A stretch of 64,000 nt of DNA from Octopus vulgaris (taxonomy: Eukaryota), in assembly GCA_951406725.2 (NCBI GenBank), contig OX597823.1, positions 68,200,001-68,264,000 on the forward strand. The letters are read 5' to 3'. Positions 61,066 through 64,000 of the stretch are shown here, in pieces. Each line of letters begins with the position of its first letter. Positions within the stretch are counted from its first letter, which is position 1. The notes under the pieces are model-generated. The model did not search any database. It worked only from the letters and a program-made list of their open reading frames with translations, and had not been told where the DNA came from. A program made the translations under genes and the position numbers.

Positions 61066-63812
61066 AGTTCAAAACAATTGAATAAAAGGAATCGATTGTT
61101 ACAACTAATTATAACAATCTTTAGCTGCAAAATAATGCACTTGCCAATTCAAAAAGCAATACTTCAGATTTTTATAAGGAAAATACACTGAAAGCATAGA
61201 ATTCCGACAAAGCCAAAAGCTCATTTTGAAATAATGAAGTTGCTTACATAAAGTAAATACATTATATATACATCTCAAAAAGCTAAAGGATATGGTAATC
61301 ATATGCTTTACACACAGATCCCTTATCCTTGTGTTAAAACAACATTCTACATGTTTGGAATCTCACTAATGGAGCTGTAATCTAAAATCCAATAAAATAC
61401 TTAAGAAATAGACCATCTTACCCATTACTTTAACATTGTAAATGGAGAGAACACTAGAGAAAATCCCAAACAATATCCAACACAGAAAAGAGTCAAACAA
61501 CACATATTGGAATGTTTAGAAAACCATTTAGTTCTCCCTCATCTGAAAGAAACAAAAAACTACACAATAATCCATATGAAAAACCACATTATACTTCAAT
61601 CAGCATTAACAAGTAATATATACACCGTGAAATATAAACCTGACCATATAACTCACTTAAAGTTGATAGACACAGAATACAAAGCGTATCTTTTAAACAG
61701 GAAAACCATCGACTTCTATAGCATCAGTAATCGGTACAAAATAATCAAACATTAACAACTCTCACTAAATCTTCAATACCAGCTGAAAGAAATATTTATG
61801 CAATTTACACACTGACAGTGACACGATATACTAAATACAATTAAAATTTAAAAAAAAAACGCTAAGAGGACAATCACCATAGGTACATCTATCAAGGGTA
61901 ATGCTTTCAAGAAACACACTAATGTACATTTGAAAACAAACAAAAAAATACAAAATACAAGGCACAAAGAAATCTGAAATATTTCTTTACACAACCATAA
62001 TCATGTTTTGAATGATAGCATATACATAAAAATATGGTACAAGAGTGGGTTTGGCTGAGTTAAAAGGGTAAAAGGGTGTCAAACACATCAGTTCATATCC
62101 TATTACAAGCACTTTGTCCAAGCTTAAGACAACTTACTCTAAAATAGCTTGTGCTATCTAACAATAAATAAGCATCAATGGCTTGTGAAGACAAGTATTT
62201 GGTTAGGTTCCAGTTCATACTTTGAATATAGCATAAAAACAGAGTGAGCATTGCCAAGTTGATTCATCTAAGATACACTTCATGAAGATGGTATCTTCAG
62301 TGGTTCCCCTACAGCCCAATGGATAATGTGACATATATTACCTTATTTGGTTATCTATGTTCTATTACAAAAGCAACATATAATCATCACTGATCATGGG
62401 TGTAAAATGTAAGCAGACAAAGAAATTAGGCAGAAGCATTTCATATTTGCATAAAAGTTAATACTCTAGAATAAATAAATAGATGCTGATAATAACGATA
62501 ATCTGTTACTATTTTGTGATTTGTGAAAATTATTACATTCACATATCAAAATCTAGTGTACAATTGGAAGGTAAATCTTAACAGATTTGTTTTGGCTAAG
62601 AAAAACGAAAATAAAAAAATTGGATGGAATTCTTTTATTAACAAAGTCAGAAATGTTTACAAAAATTTGTGTTTTTAATTATTTAATTTTATATTATATT
62701 AAATATTTCATTCTAAAGCTCTAACATTTGATTGAACTCTCCTGACATATTCAACAAAGGAAGCTAATCAAAACTCAAATTAAATCTCTATAAAATTATT
62801 TTCTATGAAAACTTCAAGCTAATATATGTACAGTTAATAACTATTTTTAAAAGTTACCTCATAGAAGTGAGGTAGAGAAAGGTGTAACAAATCATTGGTC
62901 TAAAAGCTATATACAAACAATTCAAAAGTATCATGCTAAACAGAATTACTATGTAATTATACAAATATTAATTAGTAAAGATTTGGGATTTCAAGGTGTC
63001 ATTTTCCTCATTGACTACCTATGTGCCATGAGCCAACTCCATAATAATCCATTGTGTAGAATCTTAAAATGCTGTTAGCATCATGATACTAATTTCATCA
63101 AACCGTACAATTAAATACAGGAAACAAGACTGTAGGACAATGAATGAAAACATAAAAAAAAGAAAAAGAAAACAGAGCCAAATTAATATTCAATAAACTG
63201 AAAAAGGATAAGTTTCAGATATTAAAGTTGGACAAACGTTCCTTCAGATAGTAAATAGCTATACATACCTTGACTAATAACCAAACCAAGAAGAAAAAAA
63301 TCAAATCGTGAATTACTTAGGCTGATAGTCCTTTAAGAGTAGTTATATTTTTAAATGCAAAATTTCAAAAAGCATTAATAGACAGGTTACAACCAATATG
63401 CCATCTCCTCAAAATATGTTATCCGTCAGAAACAAAGAAGCTGGCAAAAGATCTAATGATACAACTAAGAATAGCTCAACATGCGCACAAATGTATTATG
63501 CTTAAAATCAAGTGGAAAAAATGCAAAACTAATTGATCTTTGAAGAAGTAAAACTATGAGTCATTGTCAAATTTATAAAATAGTTGAAATGGAAGTGATC
63601 TGAATGCATTCAAAAGATGCATTCAGATGGGTGAACAAAAACAGTAACTGACTTGATTCCAAGAGGCAAACAAAAGAAAAAAGGATGTCAATAAACAAGG
63701 TGGAGGAATGAATTGGATTAGTTTGATTAAAACTCTGGATTCGAGCTAAAAATTGAAAGTTATGTAAAATATAAGGTAGGTCTTTACCCAGTAGGATTGA
63801 TTGGTTTATTGA

Positions 63813-63825
<13 letters not shown>

Positions 63826-63883
<58 letters not shown>
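63826..63883. repeat. (TA)n microsatellite
   Basis: Directly visible. Confidence 0.97.
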
Positions 63884-63886
<3 letters not shown>

Positions 63887-64000
63887 CTGCATGTAAATGA
63901 ATGTGAAACCATAATGTGAATTAATGGAAAGACTTTAAAAAATATTCCTTCTTTTTAACTTTAGGTTACAGTTTAGGTAAGACAAATATTTGTTGATAGG

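Noticed and set aside
61507-61755. 82-aa plus-strand ORF in A/C-skewed sequence
   Set aside because: Non-ATG start, no recognisable motif and no splice support; possibly a decayed retroelement.
62346-62357. TTTGGTTATCTA similarity to miR-9
   Set aside because: Only a 12-nt match, with no full mature sequence or hairpin.
63269-63273. Minus-strand 5-nt microexon TCAAG|GTATGT after a pyrimidine tract
   Set aside because: Frame-disrupting, no ATG-led reading frame ends at this donor, and there is no other support.

Overview
This is AT-rich eukaryotic DNA dense in microsatellites and retroposons. The SINE families, R4/Dong, RTE and Tx1 LINE relics, mariner relics and (TA)n/(TAA)n/(GA)n tracts point to a coleoid cephalopod, most likely Octopus (recognised from the repeats, not by database search). 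Almost all ORFs in the supplied track are microsatellite or transposon artefacts. The only convincing host-gene signal is on the minus strand near the left end: a 78-bp exon (2502-2579) with a textbook branch point, acceptor and donor, plus one or two candidate short phase-0 first coding exons (5585-5623, 4390-4404). The protein is not identifiable. The remaining ~58 kb is upstream sequence or a giant intron layered with decayed mobile elements. I found no tRNA, rRNA, CRISPR or prokaryotic system and cannot support a claim of a wholly new system. The best leads are: three fold-back elements clustered at 11.6-12.6 kb; a decayed Penelope-type hammerhead motif at 14.17 kb; an old ~1-kb head-to-tail duplication at 43.8-47.3 kb containing a microhomology-flanked copy of the neighbouring mariner; a strongly diverged but length-conserved 20-bp minisatellite at 57.1 kb; and a triple C2H2 zinc-finger relic at 60.5 kb. 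Repeat boundaries were read by eye and are approximate.
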